Program-made: the position numbers and the translations under genes
Notes under the pieces: model-generated
Seen by the model: only the letters and a program-made list of their open reading frames with translations
Database searches by the model: none
Told to the model about the DNA's origin: nothing
Shown here: piece by piece, positions 11,050 through 20,595 of the stretch
Position numbering within the stretch: the first letter of the stretch is position 1
Layout: the number at the start of each line of letters is the position of its first letter
Assembly (NCBI GenBank): GCA_963555985.3
Contig: OY820591.1
Location: 2,912,001 to 2,976,000, forward strand
DNA from: Dehalococcoidia bacterium
GTDB lineage: Bacteria; Chloroflexota; Dehalococcoidia; Bin125
Direction: 5' to 3'
Length of the DNA stretch: 64,000 bases

Positions 11050-11613
11050 ATGAAAGTCGTGTTCTTCGAAGAGGTCGAGGGCACTGCGCATGTCGGCGAG
11101 ATCAAGGATGTCAAGAACGGCTTTGCGCGCAACTACCTGTTGCCGCGCGGATTGGCCGGGCCGACGACCAAGAACAATCTCGCCCGCGCCGAGCGCTTGG
11201 CCAAGGCCGACGCGATCCGGCAGCAGCGGCTCGACGGCGTTGCCGGCCCGGTGGCGGCGGCGATTACCGGAGCGGAGCTCACCTTCCAGGCTCGCGTGGG
11301 CGAGCAGGGGCGGCTGTTCGGTTCGATTACGGCGCGGGACATCGCCCAGCGGCTCACCGAGCACGCACAGGAGGGCGCGCCCGGCGCCGAGATCGACCAC
11401 CGACAGGTGCAGTTGCCGCAGTCGCTGCGCACGCTGGGCACAGAGGATGTGCGTATCCGCCTGACGCGCAACATCTTCGCCGAAGTGCGCGTCGTGGTCG
11501 AAGCCGATCCCGACAGCTTCGACCTGAGTTTCGAGGAGATCGCCGCTGAAGCTGACGCCGAAGAGGCCGAGGCGGAAGCGGAGGCTGTCGAAGCGGGAGC
11601 GGCGCAGGAGTAA
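11050..11613 (+). CDS. rplI: 50S ribosomal protein L9 with acidic tail
   Basis: VKNGFARNYLLPRGLA, GRLFGSIT. Confidence 0.97.
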   Translation: MKVVFFEEVEGTAHVGEIKDVKNGFARNYLLPRGLAGPTTKNNLARAERLAKADAIRQQRLDGVAGPVAAAITGAELTFQARVGEQGRLFGSITARDIAQRLTEHAQEGAPGAEIDHRQVQLPQSLRTLGTEDVRIRLTRNIFAEVRVVVEADPDSFDLSFEEIAAEADAEEAEAEAEAVEAGAAQE

Positions 11614-11652
11614 CGCAGGGGCAGCCCGCTGCCCCCGCGAAAGGGGGCAGTC

Positions 11653-13143
11653 GTGGTGACCATTGATCCCGTCCAGAACGGGAGCTTCTCCGGTCCGAAC
11701 GGATTCTCAGGCGGCGGCCAACGCAGCGTTCCCCAGGATCACGCGGCCGAGCAGTCGGTGTTGGGAGCGATTCTGGCTGAGCCGGGCGTGCTCGAGCGCG
11801 TCGGCGCACTGCTGCAACCAACCGACTTCTTCGATCCGCGTCATCGTCAGATGTACCAGGCCGCGCTCGAGCTCTGGGATCGCGGCGAGATCGTCGATCC
11901 GATCACGATGGCGGCCGAGTTGGCTCGGACCGATCGCCTCGATGATGTCGGGGGCTCGCCCTACATCACTCATCTCGTGACCGAATTGCCGGCGACCGTG
12001 GGCGCGGAGTACTACGCCAAACTCGTGCAGCGAGCGGCGACCTACCGCGACATGATTCGCGCCGGCGGCGAGATCAGCGAGCTCGGCTATCGCGCCGACG
12101 CCAATATCGACGCTTCGCTCACGGAGGCGTTGGAGAAGCTCTATTCCGTGCGCGGCGTCGAACAGCGCCGCGACTTTCGCCTGCTGCAAGATCTGCTCGA
12201 AGATGTGCTGACCGGCGGCGAAGAGCTTAACGGCGCCGTCAGTGAACCGGTGCGCAGCGGCTTCGGCGATCTCGATCGGCTGCTCAATCAGGGGATGCAC
12301 TCGTCCGACCTGGTGGTGCTGGCGGCGCGGCCGTCGGTGGGGAAATCGGCGCTCGCGCTGACGATCGCCCGCAATGCAGCCTTGGGACAAAACGTGCCCG
12401 TCGCGATCTACAGCCTGGAAATGTCCGCCGAGCAGGTGGCGGCAAGGTTGGTCTCGGCGGAGTCAGGGGTTGAGAACGCTCGCCTGCGGATTGGTCAGCA
12501 CACCGACGAGCAAGAGGCGCGGATCAGCCGCGCGATCGGCCAGCTGAGCCGGGCGAACATCTACATCGACGACACCGCCGGCCAGACGCTAGCCGAGATT
12601 CGCGCGAAGTCGCGAAATCTGCATTCGCGGCTACTCGAGCAAAGCGGTCGCTACGCGGACGAAGGAGCACCGCGGCGGGGCCTCGGCCTGATCATCGTCG
12701 ACCACATCCAGCTCGTACATGCCTGGAGCCGGATGCCGGTGGACACCAACCGGGTCGCCGAGATCAGCATGATCTCGCGCACGCTCAAGGAGCTCGCGCG
12801 CGAACTGCAAGTGCCGGTGCTGGCGATCTCGCAGCTCTCACGCGCAGTCGAGCGCCGTCATCCGCCGATCCCGCAGCTCTCCGACCTGCGTGAGAGCGGT
12901 TCGATCGAGCAGGATGCGGACGTGGTCGTGTTCATCTACCGCGAAGACATGTACGACCGCGACGAGTATCAGGACGATCTGGTCGCCGACGCGAGCCGCG
13001 GCGGTCGCAACGAGATCGCGCAACTGCTGGTGGCGAAGCATCGTCACGGCGCGGTGGGCCGGGTGGATGTGCGGTTCGTGCCTCAAATCGCGCGGTTTGA
13101 AGACTTCTATCAGCAGCCCGAACCGGGCGTCGACGAACTGTGA
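11653..13143 (+). CDS. dnaB: Replicative DNA helicase
   Basis: LAARPSVGKS, SQLSR, LSDLRESGSIEQDAD, KHRHG. Confidence 0.98.
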   Translation: MVTIDPVQNGSFSGPNGFSGGGQRSVPQDHAAEQSVLGAILAEPGVLERVGALLQPTDFFDPRHRQMYQAALELWDRGEIVDPITMAAELARTDRLDDVGGSPYITHLVTELPATVGAEYYAKLVQRAATYRDMIRAGGEISELGYRADANIDASLTEALEKLYSVRGVEQRRDFRLLQDLLEDVLTGGEELNGAVSEPVRSGFGDLDRLLNQGMHSSDLVVLAARPSVGKSALALTIARNAALGQNVPVAIYSLEMSAEQVAARLVSAESGVENARLRIGQHTDEQEARISRAIGQLSRANIYIDDTAGQTLAEIRAKSRNLHSRLLEQSGRYADEGAPRRGLGLIIVDHIQLVHAWSRMPVDTNRVAEISMISRTLKELARELQVPVLAISQLSRAVERRHPPIPQLSDLRESGSIEQDADVVVFIYREDMYDRDEYQDDLVADASRGGRNEIAQLLVAKHRHGAVGRVDVRFVPQIARFEDFYQQPEPGVDEL

Positions 13144-13901
13144 GCGGAACTGTGAGCCGGGAACTAAATCACGGGCACGGTTCGGCGGCAGACCGCTTTG
13201 AAGGGTTTGCGCCGGGCGAGCGGGTGACGCCGATTCCGCAGTCGTTCTGGCTTGAGCTGTTGCCTCGCATGAACGATCCGGCCGAACTTGCGGTGACGCT
13301 CTACGCGCTCGACGGGCTCTCGCGGGTGCGCCGGTTTCCCCGCCGCCTAGCGTTGGCCGAACTGCGCAACGCGCGCCCTCTGATCGAGGCACTCGACTCG
13401 CTCTGTCCCGAGCGCGAGTTGGAGCAGGCCTTCAACGACGGCCTGAGCGCCGCGGTTGAGCGGGGCTCGCTGCTCTGTGAGCGCATTCAGTCCAACGCCC
13501 ACAGCCCGCAGGTGGGCTGGAGCGACTGGATCGCTCTGAACGACGTAGATGGTCGGCGGGCGATGGCGTTCGCGCCGTCGCTGCCGGCGGCTGCCGCGTC
13601 TCTGCAGCCGGCGCAGCCGCGCGGAGGCGGGATCGTGCAGCTTTGGCAGGACGCCTTCGGCACCGGCTTGACGCCGCTGCTGCGCGACGAGTTGCTGGAG
13701 GCGGAAGCTCGTTATCCCTACGACTGGCTGCGCGACGCCTTCACCGAAGCGGCGGCGCAGCATGTGCGTTCCTGGCGCTATGTGCAGCGCATTCTCGAAC
13801 GCTGGCAAGAGGAGGGCCGCGATGAAACGACTCGGACCGCTGGTGGAGGATCTGGGTCCCGAATGGACGAATCGCGCTACCGACACCTCATCCGAGAGTG
13901 A
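13140..13901 (+). CDS. DnaD-domain primosomal protein
   Basis: C-terminal WLRDAFTEAA..RSWRYVQRILERW DnaD-type motif; sits between helicase and loader. Confidence 0.85.
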   Translation: MSGTVSRELNHGHGSAADRFEGFAPGERVTPIPQSFWLELLPRMNDPAELAVTLYALDGLSRVRRFPRRLALAELRNARPLIEALDSLCPERELEQAFNDGLSAAVERGSLLCERIQSNAHSPQVGWSDWIALNDVDGRRAMAFAPSLPAAAASLQPAQPRGGGIVQLWQDAFGTGLTPLLRDELLEAEARYPYDWLRDAFTEAAAQHVRSWRYVQRILERWQEEGRDETTRTAGGGSGSRMDESRYRHLIRE

Positions 13902-15309
13902 CGCCGAGAGCGATTCGGCAGGCGAGCGGCGTCAACCCGCCTGGACTCCCGACGGTCTGCCCGCCTGCGAGCTCTGCGGCGGCGCGGGCTTCGTGCGCCT
14001 CTCGCGGCCGCTTGGACATCCCGACTTCGGTCGGGCTGAGCCGTGCCACTGCATCCGCGAAGCGGAGGGGGCGAGACTGTCCGAGCGTCTGCAACGGCTC
14101 AGTAATCTCGGTCCGTTGGAGGGCCTGCGTCTGCCGCCCGAAATGTTGCTGCGCAACCCGATTGTCGAGGCCTGCGCCTTTGCCGACGCGCCGGACACCG
14201 ATCAGGACGGCGACGAACTCGTTTCAGGTGAAACAGGTTCGCCGGTCTGGATGGCGATCCTGGGCGAGCCCGGCTCGGGGCGGACGCGGCTCGCCGCCGA
14301 ACTGGCGAACCGCCGGATCGCCGAGCAGCGGCCGGCACTCTACTTCGTCGCCGCCGACCTGCTTGACCGTCTGCGTGCGGCGATGGGGTCGGCAAGCGGT
14401 CACGAGCTCTCGTATGCGTTGCTCTTCGAGCATGTGCGCGATGCGCCGTTCCTGATCCTCGATGACCTCGATTGCGTTAGTCCGACGGATTGGGCGCGGG
14501 AGAAGCTGTTTCAGCTGCTCAATCACCGCCGCAACCGTCGTCTGCGCACGGTGCTGATTGCGGCGGAGACGACCGGGCAGCCGGTGATGCAGGCGTTGGG
14601 CTTGCAAGCGTTCTTTCGCGGCGGGCGCGATCTGCTGCGGATTGAGCTGGCGGCCACGGGGATCGATGACGGCGCTTATACCGAGTTCGGTGGGATTAGC
14701 CGCGAAGTGCTCGATCGGTTCACGTTCGACGGATTCCGCAGCGAGGGCGCGGCTGCGCCGGGCGAGGAGAGCAACCTCTCGCTGATCAAGAGTGTGGTGA
14801 TGGAGTGGGCCGCCTCGCCGCGTGGCTGGCTCACGCTCTGCGGCAACGCCGGGACGGGCAAGACGCATCTAGCGGCTGCGGCTGCGAATGTGCGGCTGAT
14901 GGCGGGCGATCGGGTCTGTTTCGCAGTCGTGCCTGATCTGCTCGATGCGCTGCGGGCGTCCTACCGCGAGGATGCGGACGCGGCCTTCGACGCGGTATTC
15001 GCTTCGCTCAAGCAGGCCGATCTGCTGGTGTTGGACGATCTAGGCGCGCAGGCGGCGACCGAATGGGCGCGGGAGAAGCTCTACCAGCTCTGCGCGACTC
15101 GCCATCTGCGCGGCGCACCGACGCTGGTGACGACCAATCTGATGCCGGACGACCTTGACCCGCGCTTGGCTTCGCGTCTGCTCGATCATCAAATTTCGAC
15201 GGTGTATCGGGTCAAAGCGCCGGATTATCGGACGGGTGGGGTGGCGGAAGCGGTTCAGAGCGGGGCGTCCGGCGGGCGTCGGCGGTCTGCCCGCCGGGGG
15301 CGTCGCTGA
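13822..15309 (+). CDS. DnaC/IstB-like helicase loader with Zn finger and two tandem AAA+ domains
   Basis: CELC..CHC; Walker A GEPGSGRT and GNAGTGKT; two LDDL and WAREKL(F/Y)QL motifs; GGAGGG RBS before 13822. Confidence 0.88.
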   Translation: MKRLGPLVEDLGPEWTNRATDTSSESDAESDSAGERRQPAWTPDGLPACELCGGAGFVRLSRPLGHPDFGRAEPCHCIREAEGARLSERLQRLSNLGPLEGLRLPPEMLLRNPIVEACAFADAPDTDQDGDELVSGETGSPVWMAILGEPGSGRTRLAAELANRRIAEQRPALYFVAADLLDRLRAAMGSASGHELSYALLFEHVRDAPFLILDDLDCVSPTDWAREKLFQLLNHRRNRRLRTVLIAAETTGQPVMQALGLQAFFRGGRDLLRIELAATGIDDGAYTEFGGISREVLDRFTFDGFRSEGAAAPGEESNLSLIKSVVMEWAASPRGWLTLCGNAGTGKTHLAAAAANVRLMAGDRVCFAVVPDLLDALRASYREDADAAFDAVFASLKQADLLVLDDLGAQAATEWAREKLYQLCATRHLRGAPTLVTTNLMPDDLDPRLASRLLDHQISTVYRVKAPDYRTGGVAEAVQSGASGGRRRSARRGRR

Positions 15310-15317
15310 GGGGCCGG

Positions 15318-15368
15318 ACCCCCCTCTGTCACTTCGTGACATCTCCCCCCGCAATGCGGGGGGAGAGA
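15318..15368. repeat. REP-like double hairpin between convergent genes, possible terminator
   Basis: tgtcac-ttc-gtgaca and tctccccccgc-aat-gcggggggaga. Confidence 0.75.
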
Positions 15369-15375
15369 TGAGTGG

Positions 15376-16080
15376 TCATCCCGACGGCGGCTCGATCTCC
15401 GCAGCTGGGGTGAGGGAGCCTTCGATCCATTCTTCGCCGTCGGCCCAGACTTCTTTTTTCCAGATGGGGACGATGGCTTTGAGGCGGTCGATGCCGTAGT
15501 GACAGGCGTCGATGCCCTCGGCTCGGTGGGCGGAGGAAACGGCGACGGCGACGCTGGCTTCTCCGATTTGGAGGCGGCCGATGCGGTGGTGCATGGCGAT
15601 TTCGAGCACGTCCCAGCGGTCGCGGATTTCGTCGGCAATCTGGCGCATGACGCGGACGGCCATAGCGGGGTAGGCGTCGTATTCGAGGTAATCGACCTCG
15701 CGGCCGAGGTTGTTGTCGCGGACGACGCCGAGGAAGAGGGAGACGGCGCCCGCTTCCGGTCTGAGGACGAGATTGTGGAGGGCGGTAGGGTCGAGCACGT
15801 CGCGAGTGATTTGGAAGTAGGGCTCGTCGGCGCTGCCGCCGCTGACGGGGGGGATTAAGGCGACTTCGTCGTTGGCGCAGACGGGGTGGTCGGCGTGAAC
15901 GTATTCGGCGTTGACGGCGAACATGATCGAGTCTCGCATTCCATCGAGTTGGGGGAAGCGGGCGATGACGGCGTCGGCGACGGCGGCGGCGGTGAGCGGG
16001 TCGGGCAGGCCGTCGAGTTCGAGCCGGCGTGCGCCGCAGGTTTCGGCGAGCGAGGCGAAGAGTTGTACGGTGAGCCGCAT
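15376..16080 (-). CDS. moaE: Molybdopterin synthase MoaD-MoaE fusion
   Basis: MRLTVQLFA...ALIPPVSGG (MoaD) followed by HRIGRL..HR..PIWKKE (MoaE); this is the real part of the 875-aa ORF. Confidence 0.95.
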   Translation of the reverse strand: MRLTVQLFASLAETCGARRLELDGLPDPLTAAAVADAVIARFPQLDGMRDSIMFAVNAEYVHADHPVCANDEVALIPPVSGGSADEPYFQITRDVLDPTALHNLVLRPEAGAVSLFLGVVRDNNLGREVDYLEYDAYPAMAVRVMRQIADEIRDRWDVLEIAMHHRIGRLQIGEASVAVAVSSAHRAEGIDACHYGIDRLKAIVPIWKKEVWADGEEWIEGSLTPAAEIEPPSG

Positions 16081-16789
16081 GTCCTCAGTGTATCCGTCGA
16101 TCTTGCGAGCAGCAGGGCAGGCGCTGGATTGGGCGCTGCCGCCGCGCTGCGCCTGTTGCGGAGCGGCGGGCGGGCTGTTGTGCGGCGCTTGCAGCGATGA
16201 TTTGCCGCGCGCCGAGGGGCCGCGCTGCCGCCGCTGTTGGCTGCCCTCGACGACGGAGATTTGCTCACGTTGTTCGCCGCGTCCGGTGTTGCTGCGGGAG
16301 GTGCGATCGGCGTTCGTGTATGAGGGGCCGGCGCGGGCGATGGTGATTGGTCTGAAGCACGGGGGAGTGAGGGCGCTGGCGGAGACGCTGCTTGAGGTTG
16401 CGGGCGAGGTGACGCCGGCGGGGGATATTGACATGCTCTGTCCGATTCCGATGCCGTTTTTGCGGCGTCGGCAACGCGGGGGCAACCAGGCGGAATATCT
16501 GGCGCGGGCGGTCGCCAAGCGAACTGGACTAGCGCTCGAGCCAACGCTGCTGAGGCGTCGGGGTTGGCGAGCGCCGCGACAGGCGCAGGCGAAGTCGTAC
16601 TCGGAGCGGCGGGCGCTGGTTCGGGGCGCGTTTCGCGCTGATCCTGAACTCGTGGAGGGTCGGACGGTTCTGCTGATTGACGATGTGACGACTTCGCTGG
16701 CGACGTTGGAGGAGGCGGCGCGGACGCTGCGATTAGCGGGAGCGCGCGAGGTGGACGCCTGGACGGCGGCGCGGACGGAACTGCCATGA
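16079..16789 (+). CDS. ComF-family protein (double Zn ribbon plus PRTase)
   Basis: CACC/CGAC/CRRC/CSRC, RGGNQAE, LLIDDVTTSLATL; start uncertain. Confidence 0.9.
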   Translation: MSSVYPSILRAAGQALDWALPPRCACCGAAGGLLCGACSDDLPRAEGPRCRRCWLPSTTEICSRCSPRPVLLREVRSAFVYEGPARAMVIGLKHGGVRALAETLLEVAGEVTPAGDIDMLCPIPMPFLRRRQRGGNQAEYLARAVAKRTGLALEPTLLRRRGWRAPRQAQAKSYSERRALVRGAFRADPELVEGRTVLLIDDVTTSLATLEEAARTLRLAGAREVDAWTAARTELP

Positions 16790-18081
16790 GCCGTCCAGCG
16801 CCGCGTGAGTCGCAGTTCTGGCTTTGCTATCGACCCTGGGGGGAGGGAGAGGCTGCGCCGGCGCAAGTGCGGATGGTGGATCAGGCGCGGGCGGCGACTG
16901 TGCGCGATACCGCTGTCCGGGCGCGGCAGGCGGGGTTTGAGCGGGTGCGCCTGTTTACGACGGTTCCCGCTCAGTTCGCGGATCTGACGGATGTCGAACG
17001 CGAGCAGACGCTTCCGAGTGAGACGGTCGGCGAGGTCGTTGCGAGGGCTGCTGCGGAGCTGCGTGAGGCCGTATCGGTCTGTTACGCGGGTTCGGGGATG
17101 CCGGCGATGCCGGTAGCGGAATGGGAAGCGGTGCGCTGGTGGTGGCGGGGGGGCTGGTCGGTGGCGAACAATGTGTATGCGTGCGATTGGGTGGCGGCTT
17201 GGGACGGGCGCGACTTTGTTGCGGTGGGAGAGGAAGACTCGGACAACACGTTTGCGCGTTTGTTGAACAGGCAGATGGGGCAGCAGGCGGAATCGGAACG
17301 GGCGCAGGCGGACGAAGCGGATCGGGTGCGCGGGGTGGAGCGGACGATTTGGTCGCGGCTTGATCTCGATACGCCGGCGGATCTGGCGATGCTGTCGCTG
17401 GGGCTTGAGACGGGGACGGTCAGCGTTGGCCCTGGTTTGAGCCGGCCGGAGATTGTTGGTCCGGGCTGGCGTCGTCCCGAGGGTCTGCGGCCCGAGTTGC
17501 GGCGTCCGGTGCGGCGTCCGTTGGAGATTGGCGCGGAGTTGGGGCAGGTGTTGAGCGACTGGCGCGAGCCGTTGCAGGTAGCGGCGGAACGGTTGCAGGC
17601 GGTGCTGGAGACGATCACGGATCGGCGTCGGCAACTGTCGGTGATCGGTCGGACCAGCGGGGAACAGATCCGGATTCTGGATCGCGACAGCGCTTGCCGG
17701 ATTGGGGCGCTGAAGGAGTGGGGTCTGGGTTCGCGGGAGAGCGGACGGGGCGAGCCGCGCGCGTTGATTGGACTGTTGTTGGAGTCGCTGGGGGCGGAAC
17801 GGGTGGTGGCCGAGTTGACGCGGGCGGGGGCGGCGGCGGTTTGGGATACGCGGCCGGTGATTCGGCGTGAGTGGCGGGTTTCGCGGGCGGATCGGTTTGC
17901 GGCCGATCTGGGTTGGTCGGGGCGGATTCGGGACTCGCGGGTGCGGGAGTTGGCTGAGGCGGTTGAGGCGGTTGAGGATGCGCGGGTTGCGTTGGGCGGG
18001 CACTGTTTGGTGAATGCGGGTTTGGAGTTGGGGTTGCAGACGGCATGGGAGCGGTGGGAGCAGGGTGGCGCTGGAGATTGA
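16786..18081 (+). CDS. Hypothetical protein, possibly CofC/NTP-transferase-like
   Basis: LDLDTPADL resembles the DxDTPxDL motif; overlaps the comF stop (ATGA). Confidence 0.6.
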   Translation: MSRPAPRESQFWLCYRPWGEGEAAPAQVRMVDQARAATVRDTAVRARQAGFERVRLFTTVPAQFADLTDVEREQTLPSETVGEVVARAAAELREAVSVCYAGSGMPAMPVAEWEAVRWWWRGGWSVANNVYACDWVAAWDGRDFVAVGEEDSDNTFARLLNRQMGQQAESERAQADEADRVRGVERTIWSRLDLDTPADLAMLSLGLETGTVSVGPGLSRPEIVGPGWRRPEGLRPELRRPVRRPLEIGAELGQVLSDWREPLQVAAERLQAVLETITDRRRQLSVIGRTSGEQIRILDRDSACRIGALKEWGLGSRESGRGEPRALIGLLLESLGAERVVAELTRAGAAAVWDTRPVIRREWRVSRADRFAADLGWSGRIRDSRVRELAEAVEAVEDARVALGGHCLVNAGLELGLQTAWERWEQGGAGD

Positions 18082-18170
18082 GGCACGGTAGGGACTGGGC
18101 GGTCGCGGTTCGCGGCCTCGCGGGGGCTGTGAGAAAAAAACGAGGAGGGTCGCCGCTTGCGGTCGGGGGA

Positions 18171-18527
18171 TTACTGCGGCTCTTCCTCTTCCTCGAGGCT
18201 GTCGTCGTCGTCCGGCAGGGGCACGTCTTCGCCGCGCATGAGGGCGACGGCGATGGCGTGCGGGTGCAGGTGGAGCTCCTTCTTCTGCTCAGGGGTGAGC
18301 GGAGCTTCGGGCAAGCGGGGGGAGTGGTTGGGTCGGGGTTTGGGGTTTGGCTCGGGATGGGGTGGGATGTCGAGGGCGTGGTGGATCTCTCGAGTCTTGG
18401 AGTTGGACGGGGAGAGTTCGCGGATGAGGAGGGCGAGCGCTTTGATGCGGACGTGGCCGGCTTCGTTGGAGTGGGCGAGTTGGCCGACGCCGGTCATGGA
18501 GGATTGGTAGGTGTAGTCGAAGGGCAT
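18171..18527 (-). CDS. Small orphan protein with Pro-rich centre and acidic tail
   Basis: AAAGGA RBS, upstream TTGTAA-18-TAAGCT promoter, downstream T-tract. Confidence 0.55.
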   Translation of the reverse strand: MPFDYTYQSSMTGVGQLAHSNEAGHVRIKALALLIRELSPSNSKTREIHHALDIPPHPEPNPKPRPNHSPRLPEAPLTPEQKKELHLHPHAIAVALMRGEDVPLPDDDDSLEEEEEPQ

Positions 18528-18565
18528 GGCGGGGTGTTCCTTTCTTGGGGAATGCAGGACTCTTG

Positions 18566-18595
18566 AGCTTATCTGGATGGATGTTCGGGTTACAA
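18566..18595 (-). promoter_or_regulatory. Sigma70-like promoter with a degenerate SOS-box-like motif in the spacer
   Basis: Minus strand TTGTAA-ccc-GAACatccATCC-aga-TAAGCT. Confidence 0.5.
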
Positions 18596-18642
18596 GTTGG
18601 TTGGGCGTGTTGTGGTTGTCGGTTTGGGGGTTGGGTGCTGGT

Positions 18643-19102
18643 CACGGCGAGATACCCGCGACGGAGCGCGGGTATGACGGAAGTGGGCGCGGGGACAGGC
18701 TCTCAAGGGGGAGAGGTTTCTTGGGGGAGATTGGGGAAGTGGGTTTGGGGGTTTGGTAGTGCTCACGGCGAGATACCCGCGGCGGAGCGCGGGTATGACG
18801 GAAGTGGGGGCGGGGAGGGAGGTGCGGGGCGTCTATGCTGGGTGTGGCGTTTCGCCCCCTCTGCCCCTCTGGGGCATCTCCCTCCCCGCCTGCGCGGGGA
18901 CAGGCTCTCAAGGGGGAGAGGTTTCTTGGGGGAGATTGGGGAAGTGGGTTTGGGGGTTTGGTAGTGCTCACAGCGAGATACCCGCGGCGGGGCGCGGGTA
19001 TGACGGAAGTGGGGGCGGGGAGGGAGGTGTGGGGCGTATGTGCTGGATGTGGCGTTTCACCCCCTCTGTCACTTCGTGACATCTCCCCCCTGAGGGGGAG
19101 AT
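18643..19102. repeat. Tandem partial triplication of a REP-containing unit
   Basis: cacrgcgagatacccgcg..cgcgggtatgacggaagtggg at 18643, 18764 and 18969 (periods 121 and 205 bp). Confidence 0.9.
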
Positions 19103-19286
19103 TTTTGGGAGAGGATGGAGGAGTGGGGGTTTGGGAGTTTGTTGCGGGGGTTGCGTTGGTTTTGGGTGGGGTGGGCGTAGACTGGGGGTTGCCTTCTGTT
19201 CGCGCGCTGCTTGGGCGGCAGCGGCTTCGTTGCCTGGTTTTGCGGCTGGGTTGGGCGAAGTCTCCGGGTGCGAAGGGTTCGTTCGT

Positions 19287-20549
19287 ATGTCTTTGACGCT
19301 GGCCGGCGGTGCGCTGGCCGAGGCTGATTCCGCGATTGCCGGGTGGATTGAGCGTGAGGCCGTGCGTCAGCGCGACGGTTTGGAGCTGATCGCGTCGGAG
19401 AATTATCCGTCGGAGCCGGTGCTGGCGGCGATGGGTTCGATTCTGACGAACAAGTACGCGGAGGGGTATCCGGGCAAGCGCTACTACGGCGGGTGCGAGT
19501 TTGTGGACGAGGTGGAGACGCTGGCGATTGATCGGGCGAAGGCGTTGTTCGGGGCCGATCACGCGAATGTGCAGTCGCATTCGGGTTCGCAGGCGAACCT
19601 TGCGGCGTATTACGCGCTGCTGGAGCCGGGCGACACGGCGATGGGGTTGGAGTTGAATCACGGAGGGCACCTCTCGCATGGCCTGACGGTGAACATTTCG
19701 GGGCGGTGGTTTGAGTTTGTCGCGTATGGGGTGGATGCGGAGACGGAGCGGATCGACTACGACCAGATGGCGGCGGTGGCGCGTGAGCATCGGCCGAAGG
19801 TGATCGTGGTGGGGGCGACGGCGTATCCGCGCTTCTACGATTTCGCGCTGGCGGCCGAGATTGCGGAGTCGGTCGAGGCGACCTTGATGGTGGATATGGC
19901 GCATTTCGCGGGCTTGGTGGCGGGCGGGGTACATCCGTCGCCGGTGCCTCATGCGGCGGTGGTGACGACGACGACGCACAAGACGCTGCGCGGACCGCGC
20001 TCGGCGTTGATTTTGACGAAGCGGAGGATGCGGCGGCGGATTGATCGGGCGGTGTTTCCGGGCACGTCGGGCGGGCCGCACATGCACACGATTGCGGCGA
20101 AGGCGGTGGCTCTGCGGGAGGCGGCGACGCCGGAGTTTGCGGAGTATGCGGCGCAGATCGTGGCCAACGCCAAGGCGCTGGCGGAAGGGTTGCAGGCGGA
20201 AGGGTTCCGGCTGGTCTCGGGCGGGACGGATAATCACTTGATGCTGGTGGATGTGGGGGTGAAGGGTTTGACGGGGATCGCAGCGGAGCAGGCGTTGGAT
20301 CAGGCCGGGATCACGGTGAACAAGAACACGATTCCGTATGACAGTCAGAGTCCGACGGTGACCAGCGGGGTGCGGATCGGGACGCCGGCGCTGACGACGC
20401 GGGGGATGCGCGAGGGTGAGATGCGAGAGGTGGCGCGGCTGATCGGTCGGGCGTTGGAGCGGATCGACGATGCAGCCGCGCAGGAGCGGGTGCGGTCGGA
20501 AGTACGCGAGTTGGCGTCGGGTTTCCCGATTCCGGGGATTGCGACGTAG
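19287..20549 (+). CDS. glyA: Serine hydroxymethyltransferase
   Basis: [35 protein letters not shown]. Confidence 0.98.
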   Translation: MSLTLAGGALAEADSAIAGWIEREAVRQRDGLELIASENYPSEPVLAAMGSILTNKYAEGYPGKRYYGGCEFVDEVETLAIDRAKALFGADHANVQSHSGSQANLAAYYALLEPGDTAMGLELNHGGHLSHGLTVNISGRWFEFVAYGVDAETERIDYDQMAAVAREHRPKVIVVGATAYPRFYDFALAAEIAESVEATLMVDMAHFAGLVAGGVHPSPVPHAAVVTTTTHKTLRGPRSALILTKRRMRRRIDRAVFPGTSGGPHMHTIAAKAVALREAATPEFAEYAAQIVANAKALAEGLQAEGFRLVSGGTDNHLMLVDVGVKGLTGIAAEQALDQAGITVNKNTIPYDSQSPTVTSGVRIGTPALTTRGMREGEMREVARLIGRALERIDDAAAQERVRSEVRELASGFPIPGIAT

Positions 20550-20595
20550 AGCGAGAGAGATTCGCCGGCGACGGCGGGAGTATGAGGAGCGAGCG

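Noticed and set aside
7099-13143. Inteins or splits in dnaE and dnaB
   Set aside because: Both are colinear and near normal length; DnaE has only a Pro/Ala linker near the C-terminus
13822-15309. IS21 element (IstB)
   Set aside because: No IstA or terminal repeats; context is dnaB-dnaD
15376-18003. 875-aa minus-strand ORF as a giant MoaE fusion
   Set aside because: Only 15376-16080 is MoaD-MoaE. The rest is P/R/H-rich antisense to comF and its neighbour, open because that strand is T-poor.
18643-19010. CRISPR array
   Set aside because: Unequal periods, spacers homologous to each other, repeat dispersed elsewhere, no cas genes
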